A stretch of 64,000 bases of DNA from a virus (IMGVR_UViG_3300020042_009419:22742-86741); one strand, 5' to 3'. Shown: positions 17,164-26,860, counted from the stretch's first letter. Translations and numbers: made by a program. Notes: generated by a model from the sequence alone, not told the origin.

Positions 17164-19479
17164 ATGAAAACAATCATAGTACAAAAGCGCAACGGCCTTC
17201 GCGAGCCGTTGGCGTTGGAAAAATGGCAGACACAGATTGCAAAAGTATGCCAAGGTATTGCAGACGTTAGTCAAAGCATGGTAGAAATCAAGGCACAATT
17301 GCATTTTTATGATGGCATTACCACTAGAGAAATTGATGGTATAACACTCAGAGCCATTGTTGACTTGATTGATGTGGAAAGCAATCCTGGAGTTGGACAC
17401 ACCAACTATCAGTTTGTGGCCGGCAAGCAGCGACTTTCAATGTTGAGAAAAGATGTTTATGGTACCTACACGCCTCCTCACCTGTATGACATTGTAAAGA
17501 CCAATGTGGCCACTGGCCTGTACACACCCGAACTACTGGAGTGGTACACCGAAGCAGACTGGAACCGCATGAATGACATGCTGGATCATGCCAAGGATGA
17601 ACAATACAGTTATGCCGCCATTGAGCAGCTGATTGAAAAGTACCTGGTAAAAAATCGTTCAACAGGACAAACTTATGAAACTCCACAAATTAGATACATG
17701 GTCGCGGCCGCTACTGTATTTCACTCAGAAGAACCGAACACAGCGAGAATGCGCTATATCAAAGAATATTACAATGCGGCGAGTGATGGTCTTTTTACTC
17801 TTGCTACTCCTGTTTTGGCTGGTCTGGGGACTCCTACTAAACAATTTTCGAGTTGCGTCCTTATACGCAGCGATGACGACCTCGATAGTATATTTGCTTC
17901 GGGCGAGATGATGGCCAAGTATGCCAGCAAACGTGCTGGCATTGGTTTGGAGATTGGTCGCCTACGTCCCTTAGGTTCACCCATCCGTGGTGGTGAGATC
18001 ATGCACACAGGTATGATTCCTTTTTTAAAGAAGTGGTTTGGAGACTTGCGTTCGTGTTCACAAGGTGGTATCCGCAATGCTAGTGCTACTGTATTCTATC
18101 CCATCTGGCATCATCAGTTTGATGATCTCATTGTGCTCAAGAACAATCAAGGCACAGAAGAAACTAGAGTCAGACACATGGACTATGGTGTGGTCCTTTC
18201 TGCCTTCTTCTGGAGACGATTCAAGAACAAAGAACAAATAACATTCTTTGATCCCAACGAAGTTCCGGATCTGTATCAGGCATTCTACAGCAATACAGAA
18301 CTGTTTGAAGAACTCTATGTCAAATACGAAAAGCGCAAGGACCTTCGCAAGAAGACCATGAGCGCAGAAGAAGTGTTCAAGGGTGGCATCTTGAAAGAAC
18401 GCACAGACACCGGCCGTATCTATCTTGTGTTCATTGACAACGTGATGAAGCAGGGTCCATTTGATCCTGAGTATCATACCATCTACCAGAGTAACCTATG
18501 CTGTGAAATACTTTTACCTACTAAGTCTTTTAAGCGTCTCGATGATGCTGATGGCCGTATCGCTTTATGTACTCTTGGCTCCATTAATTGGGGTGCCTTC
18601 CGTAATCCTGAAGATATGCGCCGCGCTTGTCGCATTCTACATAGAAGCCTCAATAATATATTGGACTATCAAGATTTCTTATCAATTCAATCAAAACTAA
18701 GCAACGATGAAATTCGCCCGCTAGGCATTGGTATCACTAATCTTGCATACTGGCACGCCAAGCGTGGCCTGCAATATGGTGAAAAGGATTCACTACAAGA
18801 TGTTAAGAGCTGGATGGAACACCTGGCATTTTACTTGACCGAAGCCAGTGTGGAACTGGCCAAGGAACGTGGCCGGTGTCTAGGTTCAGACCACACACGC
18901 TATGGTCAAGGCACCTTCCCCTGGGAACTACGTGCTACAGGTGTGAATGAACTTGCAGACTTTGCTCCTGAGCTGCCATGGGAAGCCCTGCGCTCAGAAA
19001 TGAAAACGCACGGAGTACGCAATGCCACACAAATGGCAGTGGCTCCTGTGGAATCCAGTAGTGTGGTAATCAACTCAACCAACGGTATTGAAATGCCCAT
19101 GAGCCTGATCAGTGTTAAGGAATCCAAAGCCGGCAGCTTGACACAGGTGGTTCCAGAGTATCACAAACTCAAGAACCGGTATCAGCTGATGTGGGAACAG
19201 AAAGACTGTGACGGCTACTTGAAGACAGCGGCTGTGATTGCTGCCTATGTGGACCAGTCAATCAGTACCAACACATTTTACAATCCTGCACACTTTGCAG
19301 ATCGTAAGGTGCCAACTACTCTGATTGCTCGCAACTTGATGCAGTCACACTACTGGGGTCTGAAAACTTTTTACTACAGCCTGATCAACAAAACAGGCAG
19401 CAAGAATGTCACAGAAGATGCTCCACTTGAAGTGATTGATTTTGATGATCAAGAAGACTGCGAAGCATGCAAATTGTAA
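17164..19479 (+). CDS. nrdA: ribonucleoside-diphosphate reductase, class Ia alpha subunit
   Basis: N-terminal ATP-cone (VQKRNGLREPL). Active-site SNLCCEILLPT (E. coli SNLCLEIALPT). C-terminal CEACKL redox Cys pair. Confidence 0.9.
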   Translation: MKTIIVQKRNGLREPLALEKWQTQIAKVCQGIADVSQSMVEIKAQLHFYDGITTREIDGITLRAIVDLIDVESNPGVGHTNYQFVAGKQRLSMLRKDVYGTYTPPHLYDIVKTNVATGLYTPELLEWYTEADWNRMNDMLDHAKDEQYSYAAIEQLIEKYLVKNRSTGQTYETPQIRYMVAAATVFHSEEPNTARMRYIKEYYNAASDGLFTLATPVLAGLGTPTKQFSSCVLIRSDDDLDSIFASGEMMAKYASKRAGIGLEIGRLRPLGSPIRGGEIMHTGMIPFLKKWFGDLRSCSQGGIRNASATVFYPIWHHQFDDLIVLKNNQGTEETRVRHMDYGVVLSAFFWRRFKNKEQITFFDPNEVPDLYQAFYSNTELFEELYVKYEKRKDLRKKTMSAEEVFKGGILKERTDTGRIYLVFIDNVMKQGPFDPEYHTIYQSNLCCEILLPTKSFKRLDDADGRIALCTLGSINWGAFRNPEDMRRACRILHRSLNNILDYQDFLSIQSKLSNDEIRPLGIGITNLAYWHAKRGLQYGEKDSLQDVKSWMEHLAFYLTEASVELAKERGRCLGSDHTRYGQGTFPWELRATGVNELADFAPELPWEALRSEMKTHGVRNATQMAVAPVESSSVVINSTNGIEMPMSLISVKESKAGSLTQVVPEYHKLKNRYQLMWEQKDCDGYLKTAAVIAAYVDQSISTNTFYNPAHFADRKVPTTLIARNLMQSHYWGLKTFYYSLINKTGSKNVTEDAPLEVIDFDDQEDCEACKL

Positions 19480-19639
19480 CAGCAGCATGGAGACTATGGG
19501 CCAAGGCACTAGGAGAAAAAGCCTGTGCAAATAACAGCGATGCGGATCGTGTGGCCCTGGTAAGAACTGCTATAATTGCATGTTATGTTATCACAAACAT
19601 GTTTATTATAGCAGGTGTTATACGACATTGGTAAAAAAT

Positions 19640-20275
19640 ATGAGTTACATAGTAGGATCATTACCTCCCATCAAGTGCTGGATCAAAAGAGAATTTCTCT
19701 ACAACTTTGAAAAAGGTCACGGAGAATTAGAACCTGCCATCTGGGTCAGTCTCAAAGCACTAAGAGGACAGGTGTTTCGCATCGAGAGCTTGTTGCCCAA
19801 TTACGGAGCACTCTACGACAAACTGCCTATACATGCCTATGTATGGCAAGAAAACTACACAGGCACATTGCCTATTGACACCCTACAACTCTGGGACTGC
19901 ATGGGCTATCGTTTTACCATTATTGAAAAAATAGGTCTGCGTAATCTGGGTGTGAAATTTCTGGGCAAAGATCGGGAATGGCACTACGGCACTTACCTGT
20001 TTACCGTGGACTTTTGTGCCGACGGCATGGATGTGGACACAGGCTTTACCGAAGTTGCTGAAGAACACAAGAGCTTTAACTTTATTCGACTGGAAAATGG
20101 ACAGTTTGCTTGTCAGCCCAACAATCGATGCCTATGGTACGATCAAAGTTTGATCTCGGGTAATGTTAAGTTTCCAGACTTTAAAGCCGCACAAAATTTA
20201 TGGACAGTGGATGGCACACGCAAGTGGACCGCAGGAGATGATTGGTTTTACACCATTGAAGAAAAAAATGACTAA
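19640..20275 (+). CDS. hypothetical protein inserted between nrdA and nrdB
   Basis: ORF in the nrdA-nrdB intergenic slot. The ATG at 19640 (MSYIVGS) is preferred over 19580. Confidence 0.4.
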   Translation: MSYIVGSLPPIKCWIKREFLYNFEKGHGELEPAIWVSLKALRGQVFRIESLLPNYGALYDKLPIHAYVWQENYTGTLPIDTLQLWDCMGYRFTIIEKIGLRNLGVKFLGKDREWHYGTYLFTVDFCADGMDVDTGFTEVAEEHKSFNFIRLENGQFACQPNNRCLWYDQSLISGNVKFPDFKAAQNLWTVDGTRKWTAGDDWFYTIEEKND

Positions 20276-20290
20276 CAGAGAATTATTAAA

Positions 20291-21391
20291 ATGTCAAAAC
20301 AACAATACAATCTAGCAACACGAACAGACTATCTCAATCGCAAGATGTTCCTGGACCCTGCTGGTCCTGTAACTATTCAACGCTTTGAAGAAGTCAAATA
20401 CAAAAAGATTGCAGACTATGAAGCCACAGCACGTGGCTTCTTTTGGCAACCAGAAGAAGTCAGTCTCACCAAAGATTCAAATGACTTTAAAGATGCCAGC
20501 GAAACAGTCAAGCACATCTTTACCAGCAACCTGCTGAGACAAACTGCCTTGGATAGTTTACAAGGCCGCGGCCCCAGTCAGATCTTCATGCCAGTTGTGT
20601 CATTGCCAGAACTAGAAGCCTTGATCTACAACTGGACATTTTTTGAAACCAACATTCATTCAAAGAGCTACAGTCACATCATTCGCAACATCTACAACGT
20701 GCCCAAGGATGTGTTCAACACCATCCACGACACACAACAGATCATTGACATGGCATCAAGCGTGGGCAAATATTATGATGACCTGCACAGAATCAACTGT
20801 GCCAAAGAACTAGGCCAACCTGTGGAAGAAGTAGAACATGTGAGAGCAATCTACATGGCCTTGCATGCCAGCTATGCACTAGAAGCATTGCGTTTTATGG
20901 TGTCGTTTGCCACAAGCCTGGCCATGGTAGAGAACAAGATCTTCATGGGCAATGGCAACATCATCAGCTTGATCCTGCAAGATGAGATTCTGCACAAGGA
21001 ATGGACTGCTTACATGATCAATCAAGTGGTCAAAGAAGATCCACGCTTTGCAGCCGCCAAGATAGAATGCGAGGCTGAAGTGTATGAGTTGTACCTGGAC
21101 GTGATCCGTGAAGAAAAGGGCTGGGCAGACTACCTGTTCAACAAGGGACCTGTGATTGGACTCAACGCCAACATTCTCAAAGATTTCGTGGACTACACAG
21201 CCGTGGCTGCACTCAAGGAAATTGGTATCAAGTACCAGGAACCTGCACCTCGCTCGACACCTATTCCTTGGTTCAACAAGCATGTGAACACATCGAACAA
21301 ACAAACTGCACTACAAGAGTCAGAAAGCACTAACTATGTTATTGGAGTCATGAGCGATCAGCTGGACTACGATGCACTACCGGAGTTATAA
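20291..21391 (+). CDS. nrdB: ribonucleoside-diphosphate reductase, class Ia beta subunit
   Basis: Aligns closely with E. coli NrdB: FFWQPEEV, HIFTSNL, SYSHIIRNI. Confidence 0.9.
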   Translation: MSKQQYNLATRTDYLNRKMFLDPAGPVTIQRFEEVKYKKIADYEATARGFFWQPEEVSLTKDSNDFKDASETVKHIFTSNLLRQTALDSLQGRGPSQIFMPVVSLPELEALIYNWTFFETNIHSKSYSHIIRNIYNVPKDVFNTIHDTQQIIDMASSVGKYYDDLHRINCAKELGQPVEEVEHVRAIYMALHASYALEALRFMVSFATSLAMVENKIFMGNGNIISLILQDEILHKEWTAYMINQVVKEDPRFAAAKIECEAEVYELYLDVIREEKGWADYLFNKGPVIGLNANILKDFVDYTAVAALKEIGIKYQEPAPRSTPIPWFNKHVNTSNKQTALQESESTNYVIGVMSDQLDYDALPEL

Positions 21392-21393
21392 AA

Positions 21394-21849
21394 ATGAATG
21401 ATGATATTAGACAATCTATTGCAGCAACCGCACCACGAGTAGATGATGCTTGGTTTGGGTCAGGCAGTTTCAAAACTTTCAAACACCCCACACCCATCAG
21501 TTACGAAACTACCACAGACAATGGTACTGTGGACACTCTTGAAGGACCAGTCAAGTACACGGTTGGACACAAGATTATTACTGGACCCAAGGGCGAGCGG
21601 TATCCTGTGACACCTATCAAGTTTGCAGCCTTTTATGATGACAATGGCGACGGTACAGCCACTCCCAAAAAGATCATGAAGACAGCCAAGCTGGCAGATC
21701 ATGACGGTGTGTTGCACACTTCCTGGGGAGACCTAAACTACACCACAGGCAATGACTATATTGTTCGCCACGGTGCCGGTGATTACGGTGCTGTGAAACA
21801 AGACATCTTTGCCAAAACATACGACACATCGGCTCTACAAGGAAAATAA
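21394..21849 (+). CDS. hypothetical protein, PGDYG-like motif (HGAGDYG)
   Basis: 151 aa, directly after nrdB. Confidence 0.4.
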   Translation: MNDDIRQSIAATAPRVDDAWFGSGSFKTFKHPTPISYETTTDNGTVDTLEGPVKYTVGHKIITGPKGERYPVTPIKFAAFYDDNGDGTATPKKIMKTAKLADHDGVLHTSWGDLNYTTGNDYIVRHGAGDYGAVKQDIFAKTYDTSALQGK

Positions 21850-22074
21850 ATGAAAGCAATTGTATGGTCCAAAGACCAGTGCCCCTATTGCGACCAAGCC
21901 AAGGCATTGCTGAAGTCTCGCAATATTGAATTTGAAGAACGCAACGTGAGCCAGGACTGGACACGTGAACAACTACTAGAAGCAGTACCAACTGCTCGAA
22001 CATTACCACAGATCTTTTTGGATCAAGAACTGGTGGGTGGATTTACAGAACTTAGAAAGAAATTGACAGAATGA
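21850..22074 (+). CDS. glutaredoxin (NrdH/T4 NrdC-like)
   Basis: 74 aa with a CPYC active site in the context VWSKDQCPYCDQAK. Confidence 0.8.
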   Translation: MKAIVWSKDQCPYCDQAKALLKSRNIEFEERNVSQDWTREQLLEAVPTARTLPQIFLDQELVGGFTELRKKLTE

Positions 22075-22370
22075 AACATCTTGTAGGCAGCACAGTAACT
22101 TTTAAATTGAACTCTGGCGAAGAACTCATTGCCAAACTAGCACAAGCTGAAGGTGACTGGCTGGAAATCAGCTCACCAGTCAGCGTGGCACCTGGGCCAC
22201 AGGGTCTGGGACTGGTACCCAGCATGTTTACCGCAGATGCTGACGAAAAAGTCATGCTAAATATCAACAACGTTGTGATTTATGCATTGACAGATGATGC
22301 AGTCAAAATGAAGTACATTGAAGCACTCACGGGCATCAAAGTACCTGAAAAGAAACTTATACTAGGATAA
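22071..22370 (+). CDS. hypothetical protein
   Basis: Coupled to the glutaredoxin gene by an ATGA overlap. Confidence 0.4.
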   Translation: MKHLVGSTVTFKLNSGEELIAKLAQAEGDWLEISSPVSVAPGPQGLGLVPSMFTADADEKVMLNINNVVIYALTDDAVKMKYIEALTGIKVPEKKLILG

Positions 22371-22371
22371 C

Positions 22372-22629
22372 ATGCCAGCAGTGCAGCGAATAGGTGATGC
22401 GGATTCAGGTGGAGGGATAATCACCAGCGGCGTCAACTCTGTGCGAGTCAACGGAATCGTTGTGAGTGTCAATGGATCTAGTGTTAGTGCTCATGCTAAA
22501 CATCGCCCAGTTACATCCGGCGGTGTTAACTCTGTTAGAGCTGGAGGAATACCAATCAATGTTGCGGGCAATGCTGACACCTGCGGTCATGTGCGAACTG
22601 GGGGCAGCCCCAATGTGAGTGCCGGATAA
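22372..22629 (+). CDS. PAAR-repeat protein (spike-tip, T4 gp5.4-like)
   Basis: RIGDADSGGGIITSG...VNGI plus repeated PAAR-type beta-strand motifs. 85 aa. Confidence 0.65.
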   Translation: MPAVQRIGDADSGGGIITSGVNSVRVNGIVVSVNGSSVSAHAKHRPVTSGGVNSVRAGGIPINVAGNADTCGHVRTGGSPNVSAG

Positions 22630-24668
22630 TGCCCAGTATTACCACGCCATTGCAGTTGACAACCGCCGCATCCTTGTTGCAAAATCAAGGACTCAAGCCA
22701 TTTCCGCCTAGTCTGGCCACTGCCATACAAACATTCAACGCCACTACCTTGATTAGCAATCTAGCAGCAGCAGTGAGTTCGTACAAGTCACAGACATTTG
22801 CCACAGCCGCCACACTAAACAGCCTGCTGAGTATGGGCAACACGGTGTGTCCTGCTCTGGGCAACAGCATACCAGCCAGTCCCGTAGGCACATACACTTA
22901 TCTAAATACAGAATATCTTGTGAACTATCTGGGCTCAGTGGATGGATCAACTCTGGACCCGTCAGGATTTTCAAACTTGATCGAACAAACCTGCGCAGCA
23001 TATCTGGGTAATGGAGATCTGGGCCAATTCTCACAAGGCTTCATGGCAGTGCAAAGCTATATTGCTTCCACCAACAACTATATCAATTCGTCAGTGAACG
23101 CCAATCAGTACCTGGGTCCTACATTCACCAACATGGACACGCTGGTCACAGGGGGCATGACCGGTGTGACCACAGACCTTGAGTCATTTGGTGTGGATCT
23201 TGACAAGCAAGGCGAACTCTGGAACACAGCCAAACTAGATCTATACGGAACTCCTGCGGGCCTGCTGCAACAAATTTCCGCCCGGGCCGGCATACAAGGT
23301 CAGACAGTTCCGGCCCTGCAAAATGTCATGCTGGCCATGGGCATGACTGCGGCCGACATTGAAAACCTAATCACTGACAATCGTGTGGGTGTTTTCAACC
23401 CCACAGGTATCACCAACAACGAGTTTGATCGAGCACAACGGCTGGCATACAATGCATTCACCATGATCTCTGGTGACGTACTTGTACAGATCTTGGACAT
23501 CCTGGATGTGACCACACCCAACATCACCAGCCTTGAGCAGTTGTTGGATCCTGTAAAAACATTCCCACTCAGCTATCCATCACTGCAGGCACCTGGTCCT
23601 GTTGGGCCAGTGCCAATCTTCAATGCCAATGGTTCAGTCAACACCACTATCGCTCCCATTGTTAACTCTTACTTGCCTGCTGCAACCGGGTGTGACGAAC
23701 TGGGCAAAATTATTCCACCAGCAGATGCTGTGGCCAACAAGGCAATACAGCTGGGACTTCAACAGATCAACAACATACCAAATGTTCCCTTGCCCGATCT
23801 TGCTGAAGCTGTGCTGGGTGCTGTGAACAATCCCTGGCAGGTGACTGATGCATACTTGCCCAATGACGTGGTCAGCACTGGTGCTCCGATTCCTGAATAT
23901 TATCGGGCCACTCAAGAAGTACCTGCTGGCACAGACATCAACAACACCGCCTACTGGACTCCCACTACCCTGGGTGGACTAAGCACCATGTCGGGCCTGC
24001 CACTAATTCAAGCACAGACAACTCCTGTGGATGTGAGTGTGACTGATTACTTTGCCAACACAGTGGCCACTGGCACAGGACCCGATGGCACTATCACCAC
24101 TTATGATGTGCTGGGGCTGGCTCTGGATGCAGACAATTTTGCTGCTCAACTCAACACAGCAACCACAGCCGTCAATGCCCTACAGACCGCAGGAAGTCTG
24201 GCCACACTAAACACTGCCTACACCAACATCTTGCTGGCAGTCAACAATGCTGCGGTCATCACTCAAATTGCCAATGCCAATGCAGCTATCTCTGCACTCA
24301 GTGCCAGTCCGTATGTGACCACACTAAACACGGCCTGGGTGTACATGGCCAATCTAATGAACCTATCTGCTCGCTACACCACCGAAGCCGGCATAGATTA
24401 TTTCAATCTGCAGACTGGTGACAAGAACAGTGTGTATGGCTTTGTTCAGAATCTGCCACAGTATGCACGGTTGACTGCCAACGGTGATGCAGCAGAATTT
24501 CTAGACAATCTTGCTGACACTGCTGTGCTAGGTGGTCAGGCCCTGGTGGGTGCCATGCGTGAAGGACGCAATCAACAACGACTAGACGCCAATGGTATCT
24601 ACAACGCCAATCAAGTGCCCAGTAATGCAGAAGTTGAGCCAATTCCAGTGGTTTTACCTGTAAATTAA
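22629..24668 (+). CDS. large Thr/Ala/Asn-rich structural protein (baseplate or fibre?)
   Basis: 679 aa. Coupled to the PAAR gene by ATAATG. Confidence 0.4.
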   Translation: MPSITTPLQLTTAASLLQNQGLKPFPPSLATAIQTFNATTLISNLAAAVSSYKSQTFATAATLNSLLSMGNTVCPALGNSIPASPVGTYTYLNTEYLVNYLGSVDGSTLDPSGFSNLIEQTCAAYLGNGDLGQFSQGFMAVQSYIASTNNYINSSVNANQYLGPTFTNMDTLVTGGMTGVTTDLESFGVDLDKQGELWNTAKLDLYGTPAGLLQQISARAGIQGQTVPALQNVMLAMGMTAADIENLITDNRVGVFNPTGITNNEFDRAQRLAYNAFTMISGDVLVQILDILDVTTPNITSLEQLLDPVKTFPLSYPSLQAPGPVGPVPIFNANGSVNTTIAPIVNSYLPAATGCDELGKIIPPADAVANKAIQLGLQQINNIPNVPLPDLAEAVLGAVNNPWQVTDAYLPNDVVSTGAPIPEYYRATQEVPAGTDINNTAYWTPTTLGGLSTMSGLPLIQAQTTPVDVSVTDYFANTVATGTGPDGTITTYDVLGLALDADNFAAQLNTATTAVNALQTAGSLATLNTAYTNILLAVNNAAVITQIANANAAISALSASPYVTTLNTAWVYMANLMNLSARYTTEAGIDYFNLQTGDKNSVYGFVQNLPQYARLTANGDAAEFLDNLADTAVLGGQALVGAMREGRNQQRLDANGIYNANQVPSNAEVEPIPVVLPVN

Positions 24669-24701
24669 TCACCCTGCGCAAACACCACATAAATACTAGA
24701 C

Positions 24702-24733
24702 CAATAACAGTTGACATTCGTGTTCCAGCCTGT
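24702..24733 (+). promoter_or_regulatory. sigma70-type promoter (TTGACA-17-TATTAT) upstream of the porin gene
   Basis: Read directly from the sequence. Confidence 0.45.
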
Positions 24734-24765
24734 TATTATAAACTACTTCAACCAAGGAGAAATCA

Positions 24766-25647
24766 ATGAAGAAATATGCTTTAGTAATGGCCCTAGCATT
24801 GGCCACAACCCTAGCACAAGCTGACGCTACCGTTTACGGTAAAGCTCGTGTGTATCAAGAAAACACCAAGACCGGCACCGCCGAAGGTGTAACCGCGTTG
24901 ACAAACGATTCTAGTCGTTTCGGTATCAAAGCCACAGAAGCACTTGCCAATGGCATCACTGCTGGCGTTGTGCTTGAAACCGGCTACGGTGGCGACGCTC
25001 CTGCTGCAACCACACTGGGTGATCGCACCGCTGTTGTTGGCTTGTCTAACAAGTTGGGTTCAGTGGCTCTAGGTCGTGACAAACACACCATTGCTCGTAC
25101 ACTTGACAACTATGATGCCATGGGCAATGCTTTTGGTTCTAGCACAGCAGTTATCCATGCTGCACAAGGTTCACGTTTGCAAAATGCAGTGTTCTTGACT
25201 GCCAAGCCTGTTGCTGGACTTTCAGCCATGTATGCAATTGCCAACAGTGAAGTTGCCGGTGGCACTACAGAATCACAAGCCAGCAGCGTTGAATACACTG
25301 TGGGTGCTGTGAGCGCAACTGCTGCTCGTTATACCACTGGTACCAACAGCTACTCAGGCATTGTTGGTGCTAGATTGTCTTTGGCTTCCGGTACAAAAGT
25401 ATTTGGTATGTATTCCGAAGACAAAGTATCTGGCGTATCGACCACTGGTAAATCAGTTGGTGTTAACCAGGCCCTGGGTGCAGTGACTTTGCTTGCTGGC
25501 TACGGTGAGAACGACACTGTCAAGGCCTACAACGTTGGCGCATCTTATGCACTCAGCAAGAACACTCTGGTTCATGCACGTTATGTCAAAGAAGACTCTG
25601 CAACCAATGTACAGAAATTTGGTGCTGGCCTAGAAGTCAACTTCTAA
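24766..25647 (+). CDS. outer-membrane porin (Gram-negative trimeric porin family, betaproteobacterial type)
   Basis: Signal peptide MKKYALVMALALATTLAQA, then TVYGK... alternating amphipathic strands, and a C-terminal ...VNF ending in Phe. Confidence 0.7.
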   Translation: MKKYALVMALALATTLAQADATVYGKARVYQENTKTGTAEGVTALTNDSSRFGIKATEALANGITAGVVLETGYGGDAPAATTLGDRTAVVGLSNKLGSVALGRDKHTIARTLDNYDAMGNAFGSSTAVIHAAQGSRLQNAVFLTAKPVAGLSAMYAIANSEVAGGTTESQASSVEYTVGAVSATAARYTTGTNSYSGIVGARLSLASGTKVFGMYSEDKVSGVSTTGKSVGVNQALGAVTLLAGYGENDTVKAYNVGASYALSKNTLVHARYVKEDSATNVQKFGAGLEVNF

Positions 25648-25674
25648 ACTCCGCACTGTATAACGCAGTACAAC

Positions 25675-25702
25675 AAAAACCCGCTGAGGCGGGTTTTCTT
25701 TT
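25675..25702 (+). terminator. rho-independent terminator
   Basis: AAAAACCCGC-tgag-GCGGGTTTTCTTTT. Confidence 0.6.
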
Positions 25703-25704
25703 GG

Positions 25705-25733
25705 TTGACCAATAATGCCCCTGATGATATAAT
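25705..25733 (+). promoter_or_regulatory. repeated early-promoter module, copy 1
   Basis: TTGACC-17-TATAAT, then ACACACATAgACAGCAA, an A-rich stretch, GGAG, and the ATG at 25768. Confidence 0.55.
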
Positions 25734-25767
25734 ACACACATAGACAGCAACAAAACAGGAGTTTGAA

Positions 25768-26034
25768 ATGACACGCAAAATGAATCAGCCCAGAACAATC
25801 TTAAAGAACATTATGAACGATTGCTCTTGGCCCAGCGAGGCTCGTGCTAGAACAACCTGGACTGATGAACAGATTGCTGCGGATCTGCAAGATTTTGCAG
25901 AGCAGATGTGGCATAATCAGTATGTTGAAGTTGATACTACTAAAGTTACACCTGCTATGTTCCGCAAAGCTGCCGAAGTTCAGGAAGCATATTTGAAAGT
26001 TTTCTGGGCCGGTTGCCCCGAAGAAAACATGTAA
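25768..26034 (+). CDS. hypothetical protein (early cassette 1)
   Basis: RBS GGAG. 88 aa. Confidence 0.45.
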   Translation: MTRKMNQPRTILKNIMNDCSWPSEARARTTWTDEQIAADLQDFAEQMWHNQYVEVDTTKVTPAMFRKAAEVQEAYLKVFWAGCPEENM

Positions 26035-26039
26035 AACGG

Positions 26040-26068
26040 TTGACCAATAATGCTCCTGATGCTATAAT
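26040..26068 (+). promoter_or_regulatory. repeated early-promoter module, copy 2
   Basis: TTGACC-17-TATAAT plus ACACACACAGCAA. Confidence 0.55.
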
Positions 26069-26094
26069 ACACACACAGCAACAAAGGACACAGA

Positions 26095-26517
26095 ATGGAA
26101 CATGCTTTCGAAGGACCTGCAAAAGCTCGTGAGTTTTTGAGCAGCCTTATGCCTTCCATGCTTGATCAGCTGGGTCTGGGTCGTAGTCGCCGAGCCTTGC
26201 TGGTAAAAATCACCACTGATGTTCCAGACGGCATGGAAGGTGCAACCATGTACATAGACGTGGCCGACTGCTACTTGGTCTTGATCAAGCAGCCGAGCCG
26301 ACTGAGCAAAAGCTCACTGATAAACATGGCCACAACCCTGGCTCACGAAATGGTGCATGTGCGTCAGTTGGCCAAGGGTCAGTTGAAGTATCTGCCCCGT
26401 GAGGTCAAGCTCTGGATGGGACGCCGTTACACCAGCAAAACACGCTATCTGGACCAGCCCTGGGAACAAGATGCCTTTGCACGCCAGGAAATGCTCATGC
26501 GGCGAGCCATTGAATAA
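26095..26517 (+). CDS. HExxH zinc-metallopeptidase-motif protein (early cassette 2)
   Basis: TLAHEMVHVRQ. 140 aa. Confidence 0.5.
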   Translation: MEHAFEGPAKAREFLSSLMPSMLDQLGLGRSRRALLVKITTDVPDGMEGATMYIDVADCYLVLIKQPSRLSKSSLINMATTLAHEMVHVRQLAKGQLKYLPREVKLWMGRRYTSKTRYLDQPWEQDAFARQEMLMRRAIE

Positions 26518-26522
26518 TTTGG

Positions 26523-26551
26523 TTGACCGATATTGCCCAAACTGCTATAAT
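26523..26551 (+). promoter_or_regulatory. repeated early-promoter module, copy 3
   Basis: TTGACC-17-TATAAT plus ACACACATACACAGCAA. Confidence 0.55.
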
Positions 26552-26580
26552 ACACACATACACAGCAAATAGGAGTCACA

Positions 26581-26844
26581 ATGCTTACAGTCAATCAAAC
26601 TATTCGTTCTTACGCAGGCCGACCAGGCTGCATGTGCGGATGCAACGGCACCTACAACGAAGGCGAACGTGCCCGCAAGATGGCCATAACTGCCTTGCTC
26701 AAGGACCCTGCTGTGAGATTTGACACCTGGGGCGACGGCACCGAGGGAGCGATATTTGTTGTCACTGCTACCCGCAATCGTGTACTTTACCTCACCGCAG
26801 ACGGTGTGAAAACCGTGCAGGCACTGGGCATAAAGCACGATTAA
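26581..26844 (+). CDS. hypothetical protein (early cassette 3)
   Basis: RBS AGGAG. Contains CMCGCNGTY. Confidence 0.45.
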   Translation: MLTVNQTIRSYAGRPGCMCGCNGTYNEGERARKMAITALLKDPAVRFDTWGDGTEGAIFVVTATRNRVLYLTADGVKTVQALGIKHD

Positions 26845-26860
26845 ACTGTGAACTTTTCGG

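Noticed and set aside
22372-22629. Interpreting the Gly/Val/Ser-rich 85-aa ORF as low-complexity noise.
   Set aside because: The N-terminal RIGDxxxGGGxI and repeated VNG/PINV beta-strand pattern match PAAR-repeat spike-tip proteins, and it sits next to a large structural gene.
25110-25298. 62-aa minus-strand ORF inside the porin gene.
   Set aside because: Antisense to a well-supported gene. No expression signals.
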